Positions 1 to 12,878 of a DNA stretch of 64,000 bases are shown piece after piece. The notes under the pieces are model-generated. The model was not told the DNA's origin and did no database searches. It worked only from the letters and a program-made list of their open reading frames with translations. This DNA comes from Anthoceros angustus (Eukaryota; Plantae; Anthocerotophyta), in the NCBI GenBank assembly GCA_010909165.1, contig MU008165.1, positions 868,001-932,000 on the forward strand, written 5' to 3'. The position numbers and the translations under genes were made by a program. Position 1 is the stretch's first letter. Every line of letters starts with the position of its first letter.

Positions 1-860
1 ATCTTTTAATAATCGTGTGATCTATTGTTAAGGTATGTTCCATGAAGATTCATGTTCTCCTTTATAGAGGGATGGGTGTATGCATGTGTATTCCGCGTGT
101 TAACGAATTCATTCTTTCTACTTGTTCCCTGAGGTTTCCCTAGAGGGCACGTAAATTACCCAAAGGGCGAGACCTAAACCGAAAGATTTCCTCACCATGA
201 ACTTAAAAATCTCACATTCTTGCAAATATCTTTTAATAATCGTGTGATCTACGTTGTTAAGGTTTGTTCAATGAAGATTCATGTTCTCCTTTACGGAGGG
301 ATGAGTTTATGCATGTATGTTCCTATGTGTGCTAATTCATTCTCTCTACTTGTTCTCTGTTTCCTAGAGGGCACGTAAATTACCCAAAGGGCGAGACCTA
401 AACCGAAAGATTTCCTCCGCACCATGAACTTAAAAATCTCACATTCTTGCAAATATCTTTTAATAATCGTGTGATCTACTTGTTAAGGTATGTTCCATGA
501 AGATTCATGTTCTCCTTTATAGAGGGATGGGTGTATGCATGTGTATTCGTGTTAGAATTCATTCTTTCTACTTGTTCCCTGGGTTTCCCTAGAGCACGAA
601 TTACCCAAAGGCGAGACCTAAACCGAAAGATTTCCTCACCATGAACTTAAAAATCTCACATTCTTGCAAATATCTTTTAATAATCGTGTGATCTCTACGG
701 TTGTTAAGGTTTGTTCAATGAAGATTCATGTTCTCCTTTATAGAGGGATGAGTTTATGCATGTATGTTCTGTGTGTGCTAACGAATTCATTCTCTCTACT
801 TGTTCCTCAGTTTCCCTAGAGCACGTAAATTACCCAAAGGCGAGACCTAAACCGAAAGAA
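1..860 (+). repeat. ~230-bp intron+exon modules (>=4), unit 1
   Basis: TTGTTAAG|GT recurs about every 230 bp, alternating GTATGT and GTTTGT types. Confidence 0.9.
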
Positions 861-888
861 ATACTCCTATTTATCAATCTTTAAAATT

Positions 889-1705
889 ATGGAGTCCACA
901 ATGAAATTGAAGTGAGAATGTTTGAAGAAAGATACATATGTGGAAAATGTATCGGTGAAGGAGGTTTTTCCAAAGTCTATGAATGCTATGACAAATATAC
1001 GGAAAGATATTTGCCTGCAAAATTATGAAAAATCTAAAGACATAAATGATGCAATATGTAGAGAGATCAACACTCTTGATCTCTTCCAAAATATTCTCAT
1101 ATTATTAACACAAAAGTGTTCATGAGGATATTGAACATATTTATATTGTGATGGAGCTATGTACCAATGGTACACTAAAGGATGAACTAAAAAGGGGAGC
1201 TTATTGTGAAGAGGATGCAAAATACTTATGTTTAACCTAATGGAGGCAATCAATTTTGCCACGGGCATAATGTTATGCATCGCGATTTGAAACCGCTAAT
1301 ATACTATTACTTAGCCGTCTCAAAGTCATACTAGCGAGACTTTGGTTTATGCTCCATGTCTCCAAACGAACATGAATTATTATGCAGTGCAGAACCCCAT
1401 GTTACATGGCTCGGAGGTATTGGAGTCTCAAGACGATGTAAACATAAGCTATACTTCAAAAGCCGATATTTGGAGCGCAGGAGTCATTTTGTATGAAGTT
1501 TTAACGGAAATCGTCCTTATATAGGATATGAGTTCGACCGCGAAAAAGAAGAAGAATGGATAACTCAATTGGACCTAGATGAGTGGCCCAACATGTCACA
1601 CAAGTGAAGATCTACTACACTCAATGTTACATTTAGAACAAGAGTGTAGACCGGATGTGACAAGTTCTAAACCATTCTTGGTTTTGCTCGCTATCTTATA
1701 TATGA
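889..1705 (+). CDS. Ser/Thr protein kinase domain, CAMK group (CDPK/PPCK-like), unit 1; frameshifted as assembled
   Basis: The consensus across copies gives GEGGFSKV, FACK, HRDLKP, DFG, GTPCYMAPE and DIWSAGVILY. Confidence 0.9.
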
Positions 1706-2094
1706 AAGATAGTAATTTTATTACATAAGAACTTTTATTTGTATTATATATTTTTAATATAATGATTTTTATTTTAACTTTATTCATAATTTCATTAAAC
1801 CACTCTTGATTGCCTCTTTCTTGTGGAAAGTCTTCAAGCCATCTGGCGATCATGAAATTGATGTAGTGAAGCTAAGATTGGAGTATATCGCTATGTGTTT
1901 AGCTGAGTCTTGTTTTGGTCATTGTCATAGCATGGCATAATAGCATCGGACAATTTCTTCTTCTATAGCTACGCATATTATAGTTACTAAATCGCATGTT
2001 AGAATCTTGACGGGTTCGCAAACCCCGATTTCTGCTTGGCTCTAAGCGTGCTCAACGTGGGGCGACCACACCAAGGGTGTGCGAATGTTTTGAA

Positions 2095-3780
2095 TCATGA
2101 GCCGAGCAAGGCACGTGGCACGAGGCGGAGTGTGAAGATGGCGTGCGAGAAGGAAAATTGGCATTTAGGGGTGGGCTGTTGAAGTCCCACCTTGCGGCCA
2201 GTCACGGAGAGAACTCCTAGCAGGCAATGGACACCGTTGCTGAAAGAAGCCATCACACAAGAAAAGGGGCGGTGGTAGGCTTTAGCACAGCCTTGATGAA
2301 CTGGAGAAATCCTTGCCCATGGCCCCGTGAGTCTCGATGGCAAGGGGATGAAGGCGTGGCCCTTCTTGCATGGGCGAGTACTTGTGAGCGTTCGTTGTCG
2401 CGCATTTCTCCGCCACCCAACCTGGAGGGTTGATGATGACGTGCTTGCAGACGGTGTCCCGGGCAAGGTCTGCGGCCACATCCACAAGGTCCCCCTCGGA
2501 GAGAACATGGGCGTGGCGACGGCGTGATGCGTAATGCGCCGCCCGGGCTGAGAGCGAGGGGCTACGGCGGCAGGTCTAAACAGAGCAGGCCAAAGGTTAG
2601 ACCAAACCAAAGTGAACCTCATCGCGGTAGAAAAGAAGCCGGTGCGACTCAAATACCTTGATGCAAGGTCGGGCTAGAAGCCATGAACTGCTCCTTCCCG
2701 AGCAAGGCGGAGGCGAAGCTGGTCAAGGAATGGAGGAATCGAGGAGCAAAGCCAACGCGTGCCCATACAAGTTTCTTCTCATGGAGGAGGCCAAAAGCCG
2801 GCCCGTCCAGAGACGAGGGCGAATCGGCGACCGCCTAGCCTCGAGGATAGGACACCCTAGCCAATCTTAAGGACAAGCATGCAGGAAGGCGCCTCCTCGG
2901 CCGACGAAGGCCTTGAAGATGCGGTAATCCCAGATTAGGAAATGGGAGGCCTAGATGCGGGTTGAGAGGACCAAGCTCAAGCGTCGTGCGGATGCCTTGC
3001 GGCGCACTAAGGGCCGCTCTTGGCGAGCAATTGCATTCATGTGAGCACTTCCTCAGGACTGACAAGTCTAATATGCAAATACCAATTTGTAACTGGAGAA
3101 ATCCTTGCCCATGGCCCCGTGAGTCTCGATGGCAAGGGGATGAAGGCGTGGCCCTTCTTGCATGGGCGAGTACTTGTGAGCGTTCGTTGTCGCATCTCTC
3201 CGCCACCCAACGAGGGTTGATGATGGCGATGCTTGGGCGGTGTCCGGGCAAGGTGTACGGCCACATCCACAAACTCCCTCGTCGAGAACATGGCGTGTGA
3301 GCGTGATCGTAGCAATGCGCGCCGCCCGGTGGAGAGCGAGGGGCTACGGAGTCTAAAGAGAGCAAAGGTTGGACCAAACCGGGCGGAACCTCATCGGTAG
3401 AAAAGAAGCCGGTCAGAAATACCTTGATGCAAGGTCGGGCTAGAATGAACCTCCCTTCCAGCAAGGCGGAGGCGAGCTCGGTGGTCAAGGAATGGAGGAA
3501 TCGAGGAGCAAAGCCGTGCGTGCCCATACAAGTTTCTTCTCATGGAGGAGGCCAAAAGCCCACGGGTCCAGACGAGGCGAATGCGGCGATGACATTAGCC
3601 TCGGAGGATAGGACACCCTAGCCAATCTTAAGGACAAGCATGCAGGGGCGCCCTCCTCGGCCGAGGCGAAGGCCTTGAAGATGCGGTAATCCCAGGATTA
3701 GGGGAGGCCTAGATGCGGGTTGAGGACCAAGCTCAAGCGTCGTGCGGATGCCTTGCGGCGCACTCTAAGGCGCTCTTGTG
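2095..3780 (-). mobile_element. CRE-like non-LTR retrotransposon 3' fragment (RLE endonuclease region), with internal duplication ~3091-3860
   Basis: Merged frames read GAGSWLLARP..F..AMRFRLGL, GGRIATHHAVRDAMF, VDVAV, HKY, FIPLAIETHGAMG, RQRVSIALQ. No RT core is present. Confidence 0.75.
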
Positions 3781-4189
3781 AGGTAAGCAATTGCATTCAT
3801 GTGAGCACTTATCGGACAACCAAGCAAAACAAGTCTAATATGCAAATACCAATTTGTAACACTAGGAGAGTAGCAGACGTTGTGGTTTTCCTCCCACACT
3901 CTCCCCAGAACAACACGCAAATTCGCACGTGGCTCTGAGTGATAGCTTTGGCCTCCTCACAACTCTCTTATATGTGAGGAGTTATGATGTGAGCTTGTCC
4001 GGCTGTGAGTCTATATAGATATACTAGGCCTTGGCATGGCATATTCCTAAGATATCCTATTGGCGTGATATGGAAATATCCAAAGAATACACCATAATAT
4101 GCAGGAATATGCTAAAGCATATAACTGTTTATCCACTTAGTTATTGCTAACCGTGTTTAATTGCGATGTTGATGCTTAATTAACATAAC

Positions 4190-4440
4190 CACTTCATATT
4201 AATTAATTAATACTAATAACTTACTTAATGATAAGTCATTAGATTAATTAATGCTAGATATAAATGAATTTAACCACTATATTAATTAATTAATACTAAT
4301 AACTTACTTAATGATAGTCATTAGATTAATTAATTGCTAGATATAAATGAATTTAACCACTTATTAATTAATTAATACTAATTACTTACTTAATGATAAG
4401 TCATTAGATTAATTAATGCTAGATATAAATGAATTTAACA
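4190..4440 (+). promoter_or_regulatory. AT-rich ~84-bp repeat x3, putative promoter; also at ~7741-7993, 13311-13554, 17481-17724, 27682-27931, 32169-32401, 37493-37740 and 59281-59449 (x2)
   Basis: Each copy has TAATTAATTA, TAATGA-taag-TCATTA and TATAAAT. The last TATAAAT lies ~50 bp before the putative ATG at 4473. Promoter role is inferred. Confidence 0.6.
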
Positions 4441-4639
4441 TAAATCAGCAGCACTATCTCTTTCTAAAATAGATGCCAATATACCAATCGACACATGCTG
4501 AAAATTTACCAATTTACTAGTTGCCAATATGAAGCTGGTAGTTTCTCATGGGGTATAAATGGGCGACTTAAAATCAAAGGACTCGAACTTCAAATCTTGT
4601 TATCCATTCTTCTTGCATGTAACTTTTCATAATTCTATG

Positions 4640-5250
4640 ATCTACTTGTTAAGGTTTGTTCAATGAAGATTGATGTTCTCCTTACGGAGGGATGAGTTTA
4701 TGCATGTATATTCCTATGTGTGCTAACGAATTCATTCTCTCTACTTGTTCTCTCTGTGTTTCCCTAGAGGGCACGTAAATTACCCAAAGGCGAGACCTAA
4801 ACCGAAAGATTTCCTCCGCCATGAACTTAAAAATCTCACATTCTTGCAAATATCTTTTAATAATCGTGTGATCTACTTGTTAAGGTATGTTCCATGAAGA
4901 TTCATGTTCTCCTTTATAGAGGATGGTGTATGCATGTGTATTACGTGTTAATTCATTCTTTCTACTTGTTCCCTGAGGTTTCCCTAGAGGGCACGTAAAT
5001 TACCCAAAGGGACCTAAACCGAAAGATTTCCTCCGCCATGAACTTAAAAATCTCACATTCTTGCAAATATCTTTTAATAATCGTGTGATCTACTGTTGTT
5101 AAGGTTTGTTCAATGAAGATTCATGTTCTCCTTTAGAGGATGAGTTTATGCATGTATGTTCCTATGTGTGCTAACGAATTCATTCTCTACTTGTTCTCTC
5201 TGAGTTTCCTAGAGGCACGTAAATTACCCAAAGGCGGACCTAAACCGAAA
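4640..5250 (+). repeat. ~230-bp modules x3, unit 2
   Basis: A-B-A pattern. Confidence 0.9.
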
Positions 5251-5280
5251 GATACTCCTATTTATCAATCTTTTAAAATT

Positions 5281-6060
5281 ATGGAGTCCACAATGAAAAT
5301 TGAAGTGAGAATGTTTGAAGAAAGATACATATGTGGAAAATGTATCGGTGAAGGAGGTTTTCAAAGTCTATGAATGCTATGAATATCGGAAAGATATTTC
5401 GCAAAATTATGAAAAATCTAAAGACATAAATGATGCAATATGGAGAGAGATCAACACTCTTGATCTCTTAAAATATTCTCATATTATTAACACAAAAGTG
5501 TTCATGAGGATATTGAACATATTTATATTGTGATGGAGCTATGTACCAATGGTACACTAAAGGATGAACTAAAAAAGGGGAGCTTATTGTGAAGAGGATG
5601 CAAAAATACTTATGTTTAACCTAATGGAGGCAATCAATTTTGCCAGGCATAATGTTATGCATCGCGATTTGAAACCGCTAATATACTATTACTTAGTCTC
5701 AAAGTCATACTAGGACTTTGGTTTATCTTTCCATGTCTCCAAAACGAACATGAATTATTATACAAGAGGGAACCCCATGTTACATGGCTCGGAGGTATGT
5801 CAGGAGAGATGTAAACATAAGCTATCTTAGCCGATTTGGGCGCAGGAGTCATTTTGCCATGAAGTTTTAACCGGAAATCGTCCTTATATAGGATATGAGT
5901 TCGCAAAAAAGAATGGATAACTCAATTGGACCTAGATGAGTGGCCCAACATGTCACCAAGTGAAAGATCTACTACACTCAATGTTACATTTAGAACAAGA
6001 ATTAGAGGATCTTGACAAGTTCTAAACCATTCTTGGTTTTGCTCGCTATCTTATATATGA
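5281..6060 (+). CDS. Ser/Thr protein kinase domain, unit 2 (many indels)
   Basis: Copy of the kinase exon. ORF 5140-5373 runs from the last repeat module into MESTMKIEVRMFEERY. Confidence 0.85.
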
Positions 6061-6442
6061 AGATAGTAATTTTATTATATAAGAACTTTTATTTGTATTA
6101 TATATTTTAATATAATGATTTTTATTTTAACTTTATTCATAACTTCATTAAACCACTCTTCAGTGCCTCTTTGTTGTGAAAAAGTCTTCAAGCCATGCAA
6201 GCGGCAGTCATGAAATTGATGTAGTGAAGCTGAGATTGGAGTATATCGCTACGTGTTTAGCCTGTGAGTGCTGTTTTGGTCATTGTCATAGCATGGCATA
6301 ATAGCATCGGACAATTTCTTCTTCTATAGCTACGCATATTATAGTTACTAAATCGCATGTTAGAATCTTGTGGGTTCTACCACAGCTCTAAGTGCTCAAC
6401 GTGCTTGGGACGACCACACCAAGGGTGTGCGAATGTTTTGAA

Positions 6443-7345
6443 TCATGAGCGAGCAAGGTAACGTGGCACGAGGCGGGTGTGAAGATGGCGGCGCGAGAAG
6501 GAAAATTGGCATTTAGGGAAAGCACTATTGTTGAAGTCCCACCTGCGTACCGTCCAAGGAGAACTCCTAACTGCGGCAATGGACACCCGTGCTGAAAAAG
6601 CCATCACACAAGAAAAGGCGGGCTGGTAGGCTTTATACAGCCTTGATGAACTGGAGAAATCCTTGCCCATGGCCCCGTGAGTCTCGATGGCAAGGGGATG
6701 AAGGCGTGGCCCTTCTTGCATGGGCGAGTACTTGTGAACGCTTAGTTGTCGCGCTCCGCCACCCAACCGGAGGGTTGATGATGGCGTGCTTGCAGACGTG
6801 TCCGCAAGGTGCATGCGGCCACATCCACGTCCCCTCGCGTCGAGAACATGGCGTCGCGGACGGTGATCACGTCAATGCGCCCGCCTGGAGAGCGAGGGCT
6901 CCCAGTGTCTAAAGAGAGCGCCAAAGGTTGGACCAAACCAGGCGGAACCTCATCGTAGAAAAGAAGCCGGTGCGACTCGAATACCTTGATGCAAGGTCGG
7001 GCTAGAAGCCATGAACCCCTCCCTTCCCGAGCAAGAGCGGAGGCGAGCTCGGAGTCAAGGAATGGAGGAATCGAGGAGCAAAGCCGGCCGTGCCCATACA
7101 AGTTTCTTCTCATGGAGGCCAAAAGCCACCGGCCGTCCCAGAGAACGAGACGATGCGGCGAGCCCGCCTCGGAGGATAGGACACCCTAGCCAATCTTGGA
7201 CAAGCATGCAAGGAAGGCGCCTCCTCGCCCGAGACGGGCCTTGAAGATGCGTAATCCCTGTGGATTAGGAAATGGAGGCCTAGGCGGGTTGAGAGGATGC
7301 TCAAGCGTCGTGCGATGCCTTGCAGACTCTAAGGGCCGCTCTTGA
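6443..7345 (-). mobile_element. CRE-like RLE fragment, unit 2
   Basis: Same motifs as unit 1. Confidence 0.75.
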
Positions 7346-8189
7346 CGGGTAAGCAATTGCATTCATGTGAGCACTTCCTCAACGGACAACCAAGCAAAAC
7401 AAGTCTAATATGCAAATACCAATTTGTAACACTAGGAGTAGCTTCGGTTGTGGTTTTTCCTCCCACTCTGAACACAAATTCGGCATGGCTCGGGTGATAG
7501 CTTTGGCCTCCTCACAACTCTCTTGCATTGCATATGTAGAGGACAAGTTATGATGTGAGCGTCCTGTGAAAGGTCTATATGATATCTTGCCTTGGCATTG
7601 GTATTCCTAAGATATCCTATTGCCCTATGAATATCCAAAGAATACACCATAATATGCAAGGAATATGCTAAAGCATATAACTTGTGTTTATCCACTTAGT
7701 TATTGCTAACCGTGTTTAATCGATGCTTAATTAACATAACCACTTATATTAATTAATTAATACTAATAACTTACTTAATGATAAGTCATTAGATTAATTA
7801 ATGCTAGATATAAATGAATTTAACCACTTATATTAATTAATTAATACTAATAACTTACTTAATGATAAGTCATTAGATTAATTAATGCTAGATATAAATG
7901 AATTTAACCACTTCATATTAATTAATTAATACTAATTACTTACTTAATGATAAGTCATTAGATTAATTAATGCTAGATATAAATGAATTTAACATAAATC
8001 AGCAGCACTATCTCTTTCTAAAATAGATGCCAATATATGCACACATGTTGAAAATTTACCAATTTACTAGTTGCCAATATGAAGCCCGGTAGTTTCTCAT
8101 GGGTATAAATGAGACTTAAATCGAATCTCTGACTCGAACTTGAAATCTTGTTATCCATTCTTCTTGCATGTAACTTTTCATAATTCTAT

Positions 8190-8800
8190 GATCTACGGTT
8201 GTTAAGGTTTGTTCAATGAAGATTGATGTTCTCCTTTACGGAGGGATGAGTTTATGCATGTATATTCCTATGTGCTAATTCATTCTCTCTACTTGTTCTC
8301 TGGTTTCCCTAGAGGGCACGTAAATTACCCAAAGGAGACCTAAACCGAAAGATTTCCTCCGCCATGAACTTAAAAATCTCACATTCTTGCAAATATCTTT
8401 TAATAATCGTGTGATCTATTGTTAAGGTATGTTCCATGAAGATTCATGTTCTCCTTTATAGAGGGATGGGTGTATGCATGTGTATTCCGCGTTAACTAAT
8501 TCATTCTTTCTACTTGTTCCCTGTGTTTCCCTAGAGGGCACGAAATTACCCAAAGGGGACCTAAACCGAAAGATTTCCTCCGCCATGAACTTAAAAATCT
8601 CACATTCTTGCAAATATCTTTTAATAATCGTGTGATCTACGGTTGTTAAGGTTTGTTCAATGAAGATTCATGTTCTCCTTTGAGGGATGAGTTTATGCAT
8701 GTATGTTCCTATGTGTGCTAACGAATTCATTCTCTCTACTTGTTCTCTGAGTTTCCCTAGAGGGCACGTAAATTACCCAAAGGCGGACCTAAACCGAAGA
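8190..8800 (+). repeat. ~230-bp modules x3, unit 3
   Basis: A-B-A pattern. Confidence 0.9.
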
Positions 8801-8829
8801 AATACTCCCTTTATCAATCTTTTAAAATT

Positions 8830-9228
8830 ATGGAGTCCACAATGAAAATTGAAGTGAGAATGTTTGAAGAAAGATACATATGTGGAAAATGTATCGGTGA
8901 AGGAGGTTTTTCCAAAGTCTATGAATGCTATGACAAATACGGAAAGATATTTGCCTGCAAAATTATGAAAAATCTAAAGACATAAATGATGCAATATGTA
9001 GAGATCAACACTCTTGATCTCTTCCAAAATATTCTCATATTATTAACACAAAAGTGTTCATGAGGATATTGAACATATTTATATTGTGATGGAGCTATGT
9101 ACCAATGGTACACTAAAGGATGAACTAAAAAAGGGGAGCTTATTGTGAAGAGGATGCAAAATACTTATGTTTAACCTAATGGAGGCAATCAATTTTTGCC
9201 ACATAATGTTATGCATCGCGATTTGAAA
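8830..9228 (+). pseudogene. Truncated kinase copy (N-lobe to HRDLK), unit 3a
   Basis: Breaks at CGATTTGAAA|GATACATATG and restarts near the kinase 5' end, out of frame. Confidence 0.85.
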
Positions 9229-9960
9229 GATACATATGTGGAAAATGTATCGGTGAAGGAGGTTTTTCCAAAGTCTATGAATGCTATGACAAATATACGG
9301 ATATTTGCCTGCAAAATTATGAAAAATCTAAAGACATAAATGATGCAATATGTAGAGAGATCAACACTCTTCGATCTCTTCCAAAATATTCTCATATTAT
9401 TAACACAAAAGTGTTCATGAGGATATTGAACATATTTATATTGTGATGGAGCTATGTACCAATGGTACACTAAAGGATGAACTAAAAAAGGGGAGCTTAT
9501 TGTGAAGAGGATGCAAAATACTTATGTTTAACCTAATGGAGGCAATCAATTTTGCCACATATAATGTTATGCATCGCGATTTGAAACCAATATACTATTA
9601 CTTAGTAGCTCAAAGTCATACTAGCGGATTTGGTTTGTCATTCCATGTCTCCAAACGAACATGAATTATTATGCGGGGGCTGCAACATGTTACATGGCTC
9701 GGAGGTATTGAGTCAAGACGATGTAAACATAAGCTATACTTCAAAAGCCGATATTTGAGCAGAGTCATTTTGTATGAAGTTTTAACTGAAATCGCCCTTA
9801 TATAGGATATGAGTTGCGAGAAAAGAAGAATGGATAACTCAATTGGACCTAGATGAGTGGCCCAACATGTCACCGCGAAGTGAGATCTACTACACTCAAT
9901 GTTACATTTAGAACAAAATTAGAGGCAGGATCTTGTTCTAAACCATTCTTGGTTTTGCTA
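9225..9960 (+). pseudogene. Duplicated kinase copy 3b (lacks first ~14 codons)
   Basis: Kinase sequence ending TTGGTTTTGCTA, joined to TTTATCAATC upstream of the next copy. Confidence 0.8.
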
Positions 9961-9980
9961 TTTATCAATCTTTTAAAATT

Positions 9981-10758
9981 ATGGAGTCCACAATGAAAAT
10001 TGAAGTGAGAATGTTTGAAGAAAGATACATATGTGGAAAATGTATCGGTGAAGGAGGTTTTTCCAAAGTCTATGAATGCTATGACAAATATACGGATATT
10101 TGCCTGCAAAATTATGAAAAATCTAAAGACATAAATGATGCAATATGTAGAGAGATCAACACTCTTCGATCTCTTCCAAAATATTCTCATATTATTAACA
10201 CAAAAGTGTTCATGAGGATATTGAACATATTTATATTGTGATGGAGCTATGTACCAATGGTACACTAAAGGATGAACTAAAAAAGGGGAGCTTATTGTGA
10301 AGAGGATGCAAAATACTTATGTTTAACCTAATGGAGGCAATCAATTTTGCCACATATAATGTTATGCATCGCGATTTGAAACCAATATACTATTACTTAG
10401 TAGCTCAAAGTCATACTAGCGACTTTGGTTTGTCTTCCATGTCTCCAAAACGAACATGAATTATTATGCGGGGGCTGCAACATGTTACATGGCTCGGAGG
10501 TATTGAGTCAAGACGATGTAAACATAAGCTATACTTCAAAAGCCGATATTTGAGCGCAGAGTCATTTTGTATGAAGTTTTAACCGGAAATCGTCCTTATA
10601 TAGGATATGAGTTGCGAGAAAAGAAGAATGGATAACTCAATTGGACCTAGATGAGTGGCCCAACATGTCACCGCGAAGTGAGATCTACTACACTCAATGT
10701 TACATTTAGAACAAAATTAGAGGCAGGATCTTGTTCTAAACCATTCTTGGTTTTGCTA
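9981..10758 (+). CDS. Duplicated kinase copy 3c
   Basis: ORF 9981-10241 (MESTMK...GEGGFSKV); the rest of the domain follows with indels. Confidence 0.8.
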
Positions 10759-10777
10759 TTTATCAATCTTTAAAATT

Positions 10778-11572
10778 ATGGAGTCCACAATGAAATTGAA
10801 GTGAGAATGTTTGAAGAAAGATACATATGTGGAAAATGTATCGGTGAAGGAGGTTTTTCCAAAGTCTATGAATGCTATGACAAATATACGGATATTTGCC
10901 TGCAAAATTATGAAAAATCTAAAGACATAAATGATGCAATATGTAGAGAGATCAACACTCTTCGATCTCTTCCAAAATATTCTCATATTATTAACACAAA
11001 AGTGTTCATGAGGATATTGAACATATTTATATTGTGATGGAGCTATGTACCAATGGTACACTAAAGGATGAACTAAAAAAGGGGAGCTTATTGTGAAGAG
11101 GATGCAAAATACTTATGTTTAACCTAATGGAGGCAATCAATTTTGCCACATAATGTTATGCATCGCGATTTGAAACCAATATACTATTATTTAGCCGCCT
11201 CAAAGTCATACTAGCGACTTTGGTTTGTCTGCTCCATGTCTCCAAACGAACATGAATTGTGTGGGAGCTGCAGGGAACCCCATGTTACATGGCTCCGGAG
11301 GTATTGGAGTCAAGACGATGTAAACATAAGCTATACTTCAAAAGCCGATATTTGAGCGCAGAGTCATTTTGTATGAAGTTTTAACGAAATCGCCCTTATA
11401 TAGGATATGAGTTCATAAAAAAGAAGAATGGATAACTCAATTGGACCTAGATGAGTGGCCCAACATGTCACAGTGAAAGATCTACTACACTCAATGTTAC
11501 ATTTAGAACAAGAGTGTAGACCGATGACAAGTTCTAAACCATTCTTGGTTTTGCTCGCTATCTTATATATGA
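10778..11572 (+). CDS. Kinase copy 3d with normal 3' end
   Basis: Contains GAAGTPCYMAPEVL and the normal TCTTATATATGA stop. Confidence 0.85.
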
Positions 11573-11961
11573 AGATAGTAATTTTATTACATAAGAACTT
11601 TTATTTGTATTATATATTTTTAATATAATGATTTTTATTTTAACTTTATTCATAATTTCATTAAACCACTCTTGATTATCTTTCTTGTGGAAAAGTCTTC
11701 AAGCCATGCAAGCGGCATCTTGAAATTGATGTAGTGAAGCTAAGATTGAGTATATCGCTATGTGTTTAGCTGAGTCTGCTTTTGGTCATTGTCATAGCAT
11801 GGCATAATAGCATCGGACAATTTCTTCTTCTATAGCTACGCATATTATAGTTACTAAATCGCATGTTAGAATCTTGACGGGTTCATAACACGATTTCTGT
11901 GGCTCTAAGCGGGCTCAACGTGCTTAGGACGACCACACCAAGGGTGTGCGAATGTTTTGAA

Positions 11962-12878
11962 TCATGAGCCGAGCAAGAACGTGGCTGAGGCGAGTGTGAA
12001 GATGGCGGCGAGAAGGAAAATTGGCATTTAGGGGTGAACGGCTATTGTTGAAGTCCCACCTTGGCCGTCACGTGAGAGAACTCCTAGCTGCAGGGCAATG
12101 GACACCCGTTGCCCGAAGAAGCCATCACACAAGAAAAGGGCGTGGTAGGCTTTTACAGCCTTGATGAACTGGAGAAATCCTTGCCCATGGCCCCGTGAGT
12201 CTCGATGGCAAGGGGATGAAGGCGTGGCCCTTCTTGCATGGGCGAGTACTTGTGAACTCGTTGTCGCGCATCTCTCCGCCACCCAACCCGGAGGGTTGAT
12301 GGCGATGACAGACGGTGTCGCAAGGTGCTACGGCCACATCCACGAAACCGTCCCCCTCGGCCGAGAACATGGCGTCGCGGGCGGCGTGATGCGTAGCAAT
12401 GCGCCCGCCACCGGAGAGCGAGGGCTACGGGTCTAAAGAGAGCAGCCAAAGGTTGGACCAAACCCAGCGGAACCTCATCGCGGTAGAAAAAAGCCACGAC
12501 TGAAATACCTTGATGCAAGGTCGGGCTAGAAGCCATGAACTGCTCCTTCCCGAGCAAGAGCGGAGGCGAGCTCGAGGTCAAGGAATGGAGGAATCGAGGA
12601 GCAAAGCCGCGTGCCCATACAAGTTTCTTCTCATGGAGGGAGGCCAAAGCCCCCGGCCGTCCCGCAGAGCGACGAGACGTGGCGCCCTAGCCTCGAGGAT
12701 AGGACACCCCTAGCCAATCTTAAGGACAAGCATGCAGGAAGGCGCCTCCTCGACGCCCGAGGGCGAAGGCCTTGAAGATGCGGTAATCCCTGTGGATTAG
12801 GAAATGGGAGGCCTAGATGCGGGTTGAGAGGACCAAGCTGCGTGCGGATGCCAGGCGCCTCTAAGGGCCGCTCTTGAG
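11962..12878 (-). mobile_element. CRE-like RLE fragment, unit 3
   Basis: Same motifs as unit 1. Confidence 0.75.

Noticed and set aside
55-80. TTTATAGAGGG resembling a Pol I initiation site (rDNA spacer)
   Set aside because: No rRNA sequence is present, and the motif lies inside a putative intron.
1-860. Regular repeats resembling a CRISPR array
   Set aside because: There are no unique spacers, the period is ~230 bp and the context is eukaryotic.
889-1705. Gene symbol PPCK or CPK for the kinase
   Set aside because: Only group-level similarity is visible; there are no EF-hands, and orthology needs a phylogeny.
1800-2095. A small RNA gene (5S, U snRNA, SL RNA) as the CRE target site
   Set aside because: No recognisable structural RNA sequence in the unit.
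4500-4560. The unit as a tandem Helitron (CTAG in TTTACTAGT)
   Set aside because: No subterminal hairpin, no defined 5'-TC end and no Rep/helicase.
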